From positions 868,001-932,000 of the forward strand of contig OU015566.1 of assembly GCA_907165135.1 (NCBI GenBank): a stretch of 64,000 nt of DNA, given 5' to 3'. The notes under the pieces were generated by a model, which was not told where the DNA came from, made no database searches, and worked only from the letters and a program-made list of their open reading frames with translations. This DNA comes from Oikopleura dioica. Its lineage: Eukaryota > Animalia > Chordata. The translations under genes were made by a program, and so were the position numbers. Of this stretch, positions 11,176-21,994 are shown in pieces (position 1 is the stretch's first letter; each line of letters opens with the position of its first letter).

Positions 11176-13496
11176 TCAGGGTCGCTTCTTCATACAAGCA
11201 GTTTTGCACTCGTCTTGAAAAAAGCTATCATCGAGTTTTTTCTAGAGTTTCTACCTTTTGTCGCGAAGGAATTGCAATTTCCGAGCTTGCAAAACTGGCA
11301 CTCCGTCGAGAGGTAAATGTGGCACTTGCCGTCGCTTTTGTCAAAATAGAAGCGCGTCGCCACTAGAAATTATAAATGTTACTCGCTGCGGAGATAAGCT
11401 AAACTCAAACATTCCATTATCTTTTTCTAGCGCCAGAGCATGTCTATCTTTTCTTTTTGAACTTTAGGATTTCGAAATTAAACTCTTGCTAGCACAAAAA
11501 TCGACCGAGCTCTTTACTGTCTAGCAGACAAAATGTCTCCTAGACAATTTTTGTTCAGAACTTACTGTTGGCGAATCCACAAGAAGATTTCGGCGGACTC
11601 TGGTCGCAAATATCCATCATTTTCGGCGCCAAATTGAGTCTTCTAGCGCTGCTGGGGACAAGAGCATTATCCTCGTCGTCATTTTTCATGCAGACTTTTG
11701 CGCACATCTGATAAGTGACAAATCGGTTATTGTTGCCTCCCGCTCCTCTCCAAAGAAATGACTCGCAATCGCCCGATTTTGAGTTAAAATACCACATGGC
11801 TGTTTTTCTTCAACGAATTTCAAAGAGAGCGAGATCAATTAAAAGACCTAACAAAAAAAGCTTCCTTTTGAAATTTTCCTGAGAATTTGAGCATATCCTT
11901 TGTCCATCGGCAAGTGGCAGGGATTTTCTTGTTCCAAAGTTCCAACTGGAACGGCATCGAACTGCATCATTTCCATTTCATTTGAGCCCCCGAAAGACGG
12001 TCTTTCAGAGGATGCATATTCAGAGAAAAAGACATATTCTCATCAATAATCCTGGAAATACCGGAGGCGGGAAAGACGGTATACGGTATACGCCTGGATT
12101 AGTGTTAACACATGTTGGACACATATTGACAAGGAACAAGTTGCATTATTATTAGGGGCACCCTCTCCTGTCCCCGACGAAATACGGCTGCATAATCGAA
12201 TAGATACTGGCGAAGGGACTGAAGTGGTTATTTGGATTGATGCCTCCTGATGGACCCATTCTTTTTCCAGTTGAAAATTGAGATAGAAGAGACGATTAAG
12301 GGTTTTGACTTGTCTCTTTTCTCTATTTTAGCCGAAATGAAAAATTCAACTTGTCCTGTTTACTCCGCGCCATTCCAAAATCTCAAATCCACCGAAGCTG
12401 TTTTCGTTATTTGCTGCTTCCATGTCGTTTGTTGATTCTTCTGGCTCTAGAGCCTCATGGGACGCAGGAACATCAGTCGTTGAAATCAGCTCGGGTGTGC
12501 AGATGGAACGGCAATCGTCGCGGCGGGAGAACAGGTTCAGGTGGTCCTTGACAGCGAGGAGATCATCGAGTAAATCCGGGCACAGTCGGCGGAGAAAGAC
12601 TGGCTTGCAGGCGCCTCTGCTTTTGTCGTACGAGAAAAATCTTGAAAAACGTTAATTGAGAAATGTAAAATAGACTCACTTCTTCGGCGTCCCGCAATTA
12701 ACATGATCAAAATTGCAGCAGGTATGGAATCCATATGGATCCTTGAGCTTAATGCTTCCATCTGCCATGGTCACCGTTCTGATCTTCTCCTGCGCAATGA
12801 ACCTCGACGAGCATTTCTCATGGCTCAAGTCGTTTAAATATTCGAGTACTTGTTGCTCCGGCGTTTGAAATCGAGCCCCGAAACGGTCGCCAAAGCCTGT
12901 TTTTAAGGGATGAAATGGAAAATGGAACATTCAAGTGCTGAGATGTTCATTCAAAAGTGGCAATTAAATTTGAGACAACATGAGACGCGGCTGATTTAAA
13001 CTTATTTATTCATTCATTTTTCGGTACCTTGCGGTGGAAGGTAATTTCCTTTTTGAATTTTCTTTATCTTTTTTTCTTTAATCTTCTTTTTTTTATTTTA
13101 AAGTCATTTTCATCCATCTTTTTTTTGGAAAAAAAAAACAAAAATTAGGGTTAGGGTTTGGGCTAGAGTTAGGCCCAAAAGAGACGATTTTTTGGTTGGG
13201 GTAAGGGTTAGAGTTAGGCCCAAAAGAGACGTTTTTTGATTAGGGTTAGGGTTAGACGGCTTGACTTAGGGTTGGTTCGAAAAGAAACAGACTGTTTTCA
13301 TTTATAACATATGATATGTAGATAGATCGGTAAAGATGCTCAAGCAAATAAAGAAATCTCTCCTTATTGAATAGATGATGTAAAATTAAACCTGCGTTTC
13401 CCTCTCCTCCAATCTTATCTTATCCATCTCATCCCGCTTCCCGAAGCCTTGGACGGCGGCGATACATCCAATTCCAATTATTTTCTTATCAATCAT
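11176..13496 (-). CDS. Secreted multi-Kunitz/BPTI-domain protein (TFPI/papilin-like repeats)
   Basis: WYFNSKSGDCESFLWRGAGGNNNRFVTYQMCAKVC; RFYFDKSDGKCHIY...CNSFATKDECKTAC; FFSYDKSRGACKPVF; ENPCHLPMDKG. Signal-like start MIDKKIIGIGCIAAVQG. Confidence 0.8.
13145..13275 (+). repeat. Intronic TTAGGG-rich short tandem duplication
   Basis: TTAGGGTTAGGG blocks alternate with the unit AGAGTTAGGCCCAAAAGAGACG, which occurs twice. Confidence 0.75.
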
Positions 13497-14294
13497 CTTA
13501 TTCCTCTTTTCTCTCTTTTCTTCCTCGGTTGATCTCTTTTTTCTGCTTGTTTTCTGTTTCTTAGGCTTTAACAATTTTTTCTTCTTTTTTCAAAAATGAA
13601 TGTTTCTTTTCAGAAAGCCCGGTGGTGGTTAGTAGCGCTCCCCTAGCGCTAAAAAATATTATGCTGATAAAGCGCAGCGGGGCATCACGCGAACATCGCG
13701 AAGGCGCCACCATTCTTTCCATTTTTTACGAAAGTTTAGTTCTTGCTTCGAGTCTATGACTCATCTTGCCCAGATCTATTACCTCGCTTATTGCATACAG
13801 TGTTGTACAAGAAACAACAGTCAAGAAACTACGTGTAACTACAGACAACTCAGCAACTTGGTTTTTCAAGAAGCGCCCCTGATATCTTTAATTTCTAATA
13901 AGAGTGATTGCTTTACATGAGTCTTGTATTTTTAATATTTTACCTCTTCAAGTGAAGTATTGAAAGAAAAACTTAAAAGAGCTCCGTTGATGGGTTTAAT
14001 TTTAATTTCAACAAGACAAATTTAGAATAAAATTTAGAATAAAAATAGAAGAAATTTTTTTCGGGAGCGTGTATCAAATTTTTGGACATTTTTGAGAAAA
14101 TTGTGCGACAAAAAATGTCCAAAAATTCCATAATTAACTGTATCAATTTTTCGCTAAGAAATAAATATAAGAATTATCTTTGAACATCTTGGCATGAATA
14201 TTGAAAAATGCCGGTTACAATCATGGTCTTTGTTGACTAAAATTTAAACAAATCAAAGCCTTATTTTTAAAGCTTAGGGCAAGGATTATCTGAA

Positions 14295-14582
14295 CCTGTG
14301 TAAAAACCTGAGTCAGGGTCAGGCTCTCAGAGAGCATTTTTAAACCCTGACTCAGGGTACTACAAAGTGAGGGTTTGGATCTTGATAACCTGCGAAAAAC
14401 CCTGAGTCAGGGTCCAGAAAAAGCTTCTTTTGAAACTCTGACTCAGGTTTATTCGCAGGTTTTTGAAATTCAACCCTAACCCAAACTTTGTAGAAGCCTA
14501 AGTCAATGTTAAAATTATGCTCTTTGAAAGCCTGACCCTTATCAAAGCCCTGACTCAGGTTTCTACGCAGATGGACGAGCCA
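14295..14582. mobile_element. Compound family A MITE cluster (ACCTGAGTCAGG / CCTGACTCAGGT arms)
   Basis: Several inverted AAAACCTGAGTCAGG arms; right end GAGCCAAG matches the family A terminus. Confidence 0.7.
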
Positions 14583-15234
14583 AGGATGTGGTCTGCTCTT
14601 GAACTTGACCTCTTTCTTTTTTAAAGACCAATAATTTATTAACTCAATAGTGGTACTATCAAATCAGGATAGATATTCTTTTTTCTCTATTGAAAGATGC
14701 GGTAACCTAAGAGAGATAGTCGCATCAGATGATCTCATGAGCTTAGTCCGCGATTCATATTCTAACCAGAATCAGTAAGAACGCCTTAGAGACGTCTTAA
14801 GGTCGTGACTCTCTCAAAAGCATATTTCTTATTTCTAATTCAAACTTGCGTCAATTTTGGTTGTTTATATTTTTTTAATGCCAATATGTTTCGTTTTGTC
14901 TGAAGAAAATTATGTCACGTGTGAATGCAGTGCTAAGGGTAGGAACGTTAAACGGCGCCCGAAAATGCGCTGCTACAAGTGGGTCGCCTCGTTAGAGCCT
15001 CACGTGTATTTTCAAAGCTAGAAACAGCAGCACTAGAATTATGAAAACGATGACGTCAATTTAGAAAAAGCGCGACTTGGCAGCGCGCCAGTTTTTCAGA
15101 AGATTGACAAGGCTGACCCTTATCTACCGCAGAATAATAATCAGCTCGAAAAGAAACGGTCACGAAAGTTCTAGCAGCGTTTGAAAAAATGATGAATCAT
15201 CTTTTTAATAAGAATGAAGAGACACTTATAGAAC

Positions 15235-15470
15235 ATGCTGTAAAACCTGTGTTGAAAACCTGAGTCAGGCTCTTAAAATTTTATGCAAGCTAAAATACAC
15301 CCTGACTCAGGTTTTAAACGCAGGTTTTCTAGCCAAAATTACAGTTATGTCTTAACTGAAATCTCTGTTCGAAAACCTGTGTTGAAAACCTGAGTCAGGC
15401 TCTGAAAATTTAATTCAAGCTAAATCAGACCCTGCCTCAGGTTTTTAACTTCGGATTTTTTGAGCCAAGA
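15235..15470. mobile_element. Two tandem family A MITE copies
   Basis: AAACCTGTGTTGAAAACCTGAGTCAGGCTC ... CCCTG(A/C)CTCAGGTTTT ... (GA)GCCAA, present twice. Confidence 0.75.
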
Positions 15471-15662
15471 TAACAGTAAAGACATCACTGTATAATTTCC
15501 CAAATCAAACAAGCAAACTATCCATTCCAAAAAAGCGAAAAAGAATCCAAGCGCCAGCTGAGGGCGCCGCGCTCAGAAATTATAAAAAAGGAAAAGAACC
15601 GCTTTCAATACAAAATCCAAGTTCTCATTTCCTTTTTAGATATTGAAAGACTGTATTTGAGT

Positions 15663-16198
15663 ATGCTGAGATACCTCTTTGCGATCTTTGCTATTGCTTC
15701 AGCGATAAGTCCAAAATTTTTTGAGTAAGTAGATGTTTTTTAGTGACTTTTTATCGTAAGAGATACCCTTAAGATAACGGATTTTATGATATATAAGGAG
15801 ATTACCAATTTTTTTACCGTTTATTTTACGGAGTGAGACCCTTATTTTTGTTATTTTCTAGTCTTAAGGCTGTCGACATCGATTTGGTTAAGGTTTGACC
15901 CTAACCCGAAATCGATGTTGACAGAACTTGACACCCTTAACCGCTTTTTAATAGCAGCGAGCACCCTATTTTTTTTTCTTTCTTGTCATATATTTTCCCG
16001 ATAATCATAAAGGGAAAATATCAAAAAAGATACCCTTGAGAAAAAACGCTGTCGTGATTTTTATGAATTCTTGATTTCAGTTCGCTCCAGCTGCAGAATA
16101 TTGCGATCCCGAGCGACGTGGAATACAAAGCATTAGAATCAAAAATGCTCAACCAATTACTCAACTCAAATTTCAAAGGATTCGACAAACTCGGCTAA
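15663..16198 (+). CDS. Small secreted protein (about 62 aa, 2 exons) ending in Gly
   Basis: MLRYLFAIFAIASAISPKFF|DSLQLQNIAIPSDVEYKALESKMLNQLLNSNFKGFDKLG*; GTAAGT...TTTCAG intron in the correct phase. Confidence 0.55.
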
Positions 16199-17040
16199 AA
16201 GGCCCTATTTTTCGTTATAAAACTCAAAAATAAAAATCTTTCATGAAAAGTTTTTTTATTTATTTGTGTTTGATTTGCAGAGATAATTGGATGAAGGGAG
16301 AATTTTTTGACCGCAGATTTCGTTGACGATCATTTTGACGGTTTTCTGGACTTTGTTGTATTCCCTCCTAAAAAGTGTAGGTTATGCTTAGAGGCTCCAG
16401 TTAAGGGGAGTTGTCAGGACCCGACAAAAAATTTCGACAAATTTTCCGTGGAAATTTCAACCCATCAGAAGCCTGGATACGGCTAACCGGCCCATCAGAA
16501 GGCCACGCAAAATTTGTCGAAATTTTTTGTCGGTTCCTGAGTCAGGAATCCTGACAGCTCCTAGTGAAGGGCGAAAAGTGAGGGTGTGACAGTTTCCCCT
16601 GACTCTTCATGAATAATGAAGCTCACCTTCTTGGAGATCTGTCAATTCCAGGTTCGCCTTTGAACCCCCTCGGACCCGGCTCTCCCGGTTCGCCTCGCTT
16701 CCCATTTTCTCCATAGTCTCCCGGGTCGCCTTGTCGCCCAGGTGGCCCTTGTCGCCCCGGACGGCCTTTGGAACCCTTGTAGCCGATCATTCCCGTTTCA
16801 CCTGAACTCATCTCAATCATGAAAAATCTGCGGCTTTACCAGGATCTCCAACAGGACCTCGCAAGCCAGGATCACCCCTGGAACCCTTTTCGCCTTTGAA
16901 TAAAATCGCTGGCATTAAATTTCAAGCCGTTTTTTTTTCATTGAAATCAAGGAAGACTTTGACGCTCGAAATTCCATTCCTGGATCCTGAAAATCTGCTG
17001 ATACAAAGAAAATAAGAAGAAGAAAAATTGTTTTTATCAT
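16195..17040 (-). CDS. Short secreted collagen-like protein (3' end approximate)
   Basis: Signal peptide MIKTIFLLLIFFVSA followed by about 30 Gly-X-Y triplets (GEKGSRGDPG...GEPGPRGFKGEPG); one GA-AG intron at 16909-16979. Confidence 0.8.
16405..16562. mobile_element. MITE family B (CCAATCAG-containing palindrome) in the collagen intron
   Basis: GTCAGGACCCGACAAAAAATTTCGACAAATTTT ... AAAATTTGTCGAAATTTTTTGTCGG. Further copies at about 26157, 30270, 31010, 36520, 41421, 47505 and 51870. Confidence 0.8.
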
Positions 17041-17171
17041 AATTTGTCTCTTTTTTAATTTTGTCTCAGGTGAGAATTCTTGAGTGCAAAAGATCAAAGG
17101 TCATCATGTTCAGAAAGTTTTCTTGAATAGGATTATCTTTCATACCCGGCTCATACCCGACTGAATAGACT

Positions 17172-17530
17172 TATTAGTCGAAAAGTCGAAAACCTGGAAA
17201 ACTATATGAATTTAGTCGAAAAAGTCGAAAATAAGTCGAAAAGTCGAAAGAAAAGTCAAAAAGTCGAAAGCAAGATAGCGATTCTTTCGACTAGATTTTC
17301 GACTTTTTCGACTAAATTTTCGACTTTTTCGACTAGATTTTTCGACTTTCTCAGCAACATTGCTTTCGATTTTTTCGACTAGTCGGCAATGTCGCTGACT
17401 AATAGGGTCAAGTCGAGTCGAGTCGAGTCGACTTATTTCCACAAGCAATCAAGTCGAGTCGAGCTAGTCTTTTCGGCTAAGATTCGACTAGACTTCGACT
17501 TTAGTCGAAACTCGACTAGTCGATTTAGAA
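17172..17530. repeat. Foldback repeat built from AGTCG(AAA) units
   Basis: Forward AGTCGAAA array, then inverted TTTCGACT array, then a (AGTCG)n pentamer array. Confidence 0.8.
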
Positions 17531-17741
17531 CCCTGTACCCGGGGTCAGGTTTTCAACACAGGTTTCTTGATTCTGTACTCATTTCTTTTTGACTCGTGTT
17601 CAATTATTCAATATTCTCAAAGTCATTATTCATTTTCTTTTTGATTTTATTAAATGTCAATGCTGCATTTTGGAATTCATTGCCGGCATTGATCATGGTC
17701 AAGCATTCGAATTGAACTTCAAACCTTCCGGAACGAAAAAA

Positions 17742-20042
17742 ATGGAAATAAACCGTCACAGAGATATAACTTGCTTTTTCTTTCTTTTTTGTTGGCTTTT
17801 TCTTATTGTGTTGCATTTCGGGACTTCTGATGAAACTCAGGATTACTTCCAAAAAGCAGAATCCCAGTACAGTACAAATTCTTCAACAAGCGATGATGAT
17901 TATCAAGAGTCAAAAGCTGAAAAGGGCAATGAAAAAAGAAGAGTCGTTGTTGGAATTTTAGCGTAAGAATATTTTCTTAAGGGGGGGGGGTCGACGAGAA
18001 TCGGGATTTCCTTGACCAAAAATGCAGGAGAACGTGATTAGATAGGAAAAATCTGATTCAATTGGTGAATAGAAAAGGGTTGAAAAAATCTATCGGCGAG
18101 AAGTTGAAAAAAATTTTGCCAGATAAAGTCGGTCAAAAATATTGTCAAAGTAGGGCCATTTTCGCGAAAACCAAAAATGGTCAATTTTTTTACATTTTTG
18201 TTCATTTCATCCCCTAAATCTAATTTTTATCAAATGATTTTAGGCTCAATAGAGCCTCAAAAATGAGATTAAGGGGTGAAATTGAGAAAATTCTGAAAAA
18301 ATGACCATTTTTGGTGCATTTTCGCGAAAATGGCCCTGCTTTGACGGGATTTTTGACCAATTTTTTTCTGGCCAAAATTTTTTTTTAGTTTTCGCCGCCT
18401 GATTTTGACAACCCTTTTCTATCCACGAGTAAAATCAGATTTTGCCTATCTAATCAGGTTTTCCCGCATTTTTCGTCACGGAAATCCCGATTCTCGTCGA
18501 CCCCCCCCCCTACTTAATATAATTAAATTATATTTAAGAACATTCGAAAATTATGAAAGAAGAGAAGCTCAGCGAGAAACTTGGCTTTTATCATCAGAAA
18601 TCGAGCATAAATACATCATCGACAGCTGGACCCCTGAGTGGCGTGCCGAAAATGAAATCTTCGGAGACATCGTTTCTATCAATGCGAGCTTCAGCGGGTA
18701 TTCGAAGGGATTCGGAGAAAAAATGTACCACTGGTTTCAATATGTCGCTACTAATTATCCGGAAGGAACGATTGTGGGAAAAACAGACGATGATTTTTAT
18801 GGTTGTTCGAATCTCTATCAAACAGTAATGGGTAGAAATTAATCATTTCCGAAAATGATCCGATAATACGTAGAAGAAATTTCCATACCCAACTGAAGTC
18901 CTGGATAAATACAGCCCTCGAATGTATTTTGGCTGGTGGCATCCTGACTCCGACATCCAAAAACCAAGTTTGCAGAGTCGCCCTGATCTGGGCTCGGCAA
19001 CCTGTGCAGAGTTGCAAATTTTGGTTTATTTTTGCCGAGCTGAGCTGACCTGGTTGAAAAATTCTCGTAGCTGAGCTGAGCTGAGCTGGCCTATTTCGCA
19101 GCTAAATGAGCTGAGCTGATCTGAGCTGCCCTTTTTCAGAGGTCATTGAGCTGAGCTGAGCTGAGCAGAGCCTGATTAGAGCTGAGCTGAGCTTAGCTGA
19201 GCTGAGCAGAACTGATTATGTTCGAAAATTATTGAGCTGAGCTGAGCTGAGCTGAGTGATACTTGTCTAAGCTGAGCTGAGCTGAGCAGATCAGATCATT
19301 TTGGAAAATCACTGAGCTGAGCTGAACTCAGCCAGCTCAGCTCACTCAGCTCAACAAATTTGCAACTCTGAACCTGTGTACAAAACCTGAGTCAGGTTTT
19401 AAATTGCTTTTATGAAAACCAAAATAGCAGTTTTTTAAATAACGCAGTCGCCAAGTTCCATTAAAAAAAACCCCGTGCGGCTCTTTATCTTAGCGATTTG
19501 AAAACTGACTCAGCTTTACAAAACAGGTTTCCAAGCCCAGGCCCTGATGCCGAATTCGTCCTTATAAGTTGGGATCTCATGACGGAAATTCTTCAAAAGC
19601 CTCGGCTCGGCAACCTGAGTAGAAAAACTGAGTCAGGTTTTGATTTTTGCTCTTCAAAACCTGACTCAGGTTTTCTACTCAGGTTGCCGAGCCAAGTCAA
19701 AAGCCATATTGCCACCATGTTCGAGACGCATCTTTCTGCACAGAAAAAAATACGAATGTCCGATACGGATCAGACTTTGGAGGAACTTCACTTGGCCACT
19801 GGCTTGGCCAAATCGGGAATATAACGGGAATACGAATGAATGACAGAATGGTTCATACGATTAATTCGAAGAAATGGCGATCTCCCGTGATAAAACCTTA
19901 CTGTGGGCCGATGATTTCTTTTCACAAGGCGACTCCTGCTCTCCAACGGTATTTGGAGTGCTTCGATCAAGATATTCCTGCTTCAAAGAAATTTTGCGAG
20001 AAAGCTCAAATCTTGACGACATATTCAGTAAAGAAGCACTAA
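17742..20042 (+). CDS. GT31 beta-1,3-galactosyltransferase-like type II membrane glycosyltransferase
   Basis: N-terminal anchor CFFFLFCWLFLIVLHFG; RVVVGILARTFENYERREAQRETW; ENEIFGDIV; GKTDDDFY (DxD); YFGWW; RPDAEFVLISWDL; SLGHWL. The frame is continuous only if two MITEs are spliced out. Confidence 0.8.
17981..18513. mobile_element. ~530-bp near-perfect palindromic TTAA-flanked MITE in intron 1 of the GT31 gene
   Basis: TTAA-G10-TCGACGAGAATCGGGATTTCC ... GGAAATCCCGATTCTCGTCGA-C10-TAC-TTAA; the two arms pair over more than 200 bp. Confidence 0.9.
18988..19540. mobile_element. Family A hAT-like MITE inserted in coding sequence and forming an intron (carries a nested element)
   Basis: TIR CTGGGCTCGGCAACCTGT / ACAGGTTTCCAAGCCCAG; 8-bp TSD GCCCTGAT at 18980-18987 and 19541-19548. 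Confidence 0.9.
19007..19370. mobile_element. hAT-like MITE with internal (GAGCT)n array, nested in the family A element
   Basis: 15-bp TIR CAGAGTTGCAAATTT / AAATTTGCAACTCTG; 8-bp TSD AACCTGTG at 18999-19006 and 19371-19378. Confidence 0.92.
19601..19696. mobile_element. 96-bp family A hAT-like MITE inserted in coding sequence
   Basis: TIR CTCGGCTCGGCAACCTGAGTAGAAAA / TTTTCTACTCAGGTTGCCGAGCCAAG; 8-bp TSD TCAAAAGC at 19593-19600 and 19697-19704. Confidence 0.92.
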
Positions 20043-20134
20043 CCTGAAAAAAAAACTTAGTTCTTGAATAAAATACCTTTTTTTTTCATTAAGAAAAATG
20101 TCAAAAAGCCTTGTTCTTGCATATTTACTGTGAA

Positions 20135-20232
20135 CCTCGGCTGGAAACCTGTTAAAAAAACCTGAGTCAGGGTCTGAAAGAGGGTCTGACAGACCCTGAC
20201 ACAGGTTTTTTCAAAGGTTTCCGGGTCCAATT
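20135..20232. mobile_element. Family A MITE, diverged copy
   Basis: CTCGGCTGGAAACCTGT...ACCTGAGTCAGGG...CCCTGACACAGGTT...AGGTTTCC. Confidence 0.65.
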
Positions 20233-20851
20233 TTTACAATACAGCAATAATTAAAGACGATTCTTGATGGTGTTTCGACTTCAGATGTTATTTTGCGTCA
20301 ATATGTCAATAAAAAAATTCAAATAAAAAGCACGTGATGGCCATCAAGATTTCGCGTGAGCCAACTTCTAAATTTCGCGTGATCTAAGGCCACGTCCAAC
20401 TTGTGTGTGACGCATTTTCATGTTTTTTTGCTTTGTCCCAGAAGAGCATCACGAGTTGGTTCGATCCGGGCCCGAGCGCGAAGAGGATTGGTTAATTAAG
20501 GCTAGCCTACGCGCAGAATACTCAGCGCCGTGACGACTCGAAAAAAGGCTTTCATTCTCAAAAATACAAAAAAGACTCGACAAGAGACGAAATTCTTAAA
20601 AACGACCAAAATGTAAGCAAAACTCATTTTTTTTCAAAAAAAAATATTTTTTTTTTAAATAAATTTTAATAAAAATAAGGAATTTCATGATTTTCGATTT
20701 CAAAAAAAAAAATATTTCTGAGATTTTCTCATGATTTAAGAAAGCGACACCCTTATTTTATCATGCAAAAAAGTTAAACAAAATCTTTTTTCAAGGATAA
20801 AATAAGGGTGTCGCTTCGCTAAATTCATCTTTGCTTATTTGTTGTTTTTAG

Positions 20852-21894
20852 ATGTTCACTACGATTAAATCATTCTTCGGCTACTCCGTTGAGGAAGAAC
20901 GAGTCCCTGCGATGGAAAAGAGCGAGCTCGAGGGATGGGAAATTATTGATCACGTGAGTTTTAAATTCGATCAATTTTGATCGCCTTATTTGGTCTTTTC
21001 GGCTCTGGTCGTAAAATACAAACCTGGCTGGTTCATAAATATGCTAATTACAAAATTGCTTCAAATTGACAAACGATTCTTTAGGAGCAACAACAGAACG
21101 AATCGGAATCGGAAACTCCCTCGGTGCCAGTAAGGAGGCCGGAAAACAACAAAACCGCGGTTCGCAAATCGGCAAGGAGGATTCAAGGTATTGAGAAACG
21201 CGAATTTTCAATCTCATCAACACTATTTTTTCCCAAATTTTCAAACCGAGAGCCAAATCGATAAAAAATTTCCCGAAAAAAAAACATCAATTACACCGTG
21301 CCCCAGGGGTCCCGTGATGCTTCGCAGATGTTTTGATGTTGTCATCACTTTTTTTCAACTTTTCTGAGCGATTATTTTGAGGGAAAGGCGCTCTTGGACT
21401 TTGGCTCTTTTGATAAATTAAGACAGCGAATTGCTTGATAAGTGCTTTTTGTGATTTTCAAGACGAAGTGGGAAACATATTTTTCGACTGTCTATTTCTA
21501 GGGCAAATGTTTTGGGAGTTAATTTTGATAAATGAGAAATCACGTGATGGTTTGCTCAGCTTTTTCTTCCACAAGACTCAATTTAAAAACATAAAATTCT
21601 GAATAATTTTCTTTCAAAAGGATTCTGATCATTGGCACGTGACCATTTTCTATTCATACAAACTCTTCGTTTAAAAAATTGGCTCTTCGCCAGGAGATTC
21701 AGGCTCTCTTCGTTTTTGATAGATTTCCAAAATTAACCCACCCGAATTCAGATTTGATCCCAACGATGCCCAGCGACAAGTACCAAAAGCCCTCGAAGAA
21801 GACGAAAAAGGGTTCCAAAGTTGGCCGCACTATGATGACCCGCTCAATGAGGCAGCCAATTCAGCAGCCACGATCCAAGTCCTTCCGCGCCTAA
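20852..21894 (+). CDS. TP53INP/DOR-like small protein with a LIR-type motif
   Basis: MFTTIKSFFG...ELEGWEIIDH|EQQQNES...RIQ|DLIPT...MRQPIQQPRSKSFRA*. The MF..hxxFF start, acidic-G-W-x-I-I-D motif and terminal QPR recall TP53INP1/2. Confidence 0.55.
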
Positions 21895-21994
21895 ACCTTG
21901 CTTACCTCATCCAATTTCCTCTCATTGTATAATTTTCAAGTGAAATTCATTTTCACAGGTACGTTCAAAAATTAAGGGCGCCCCGCCTATTCTC

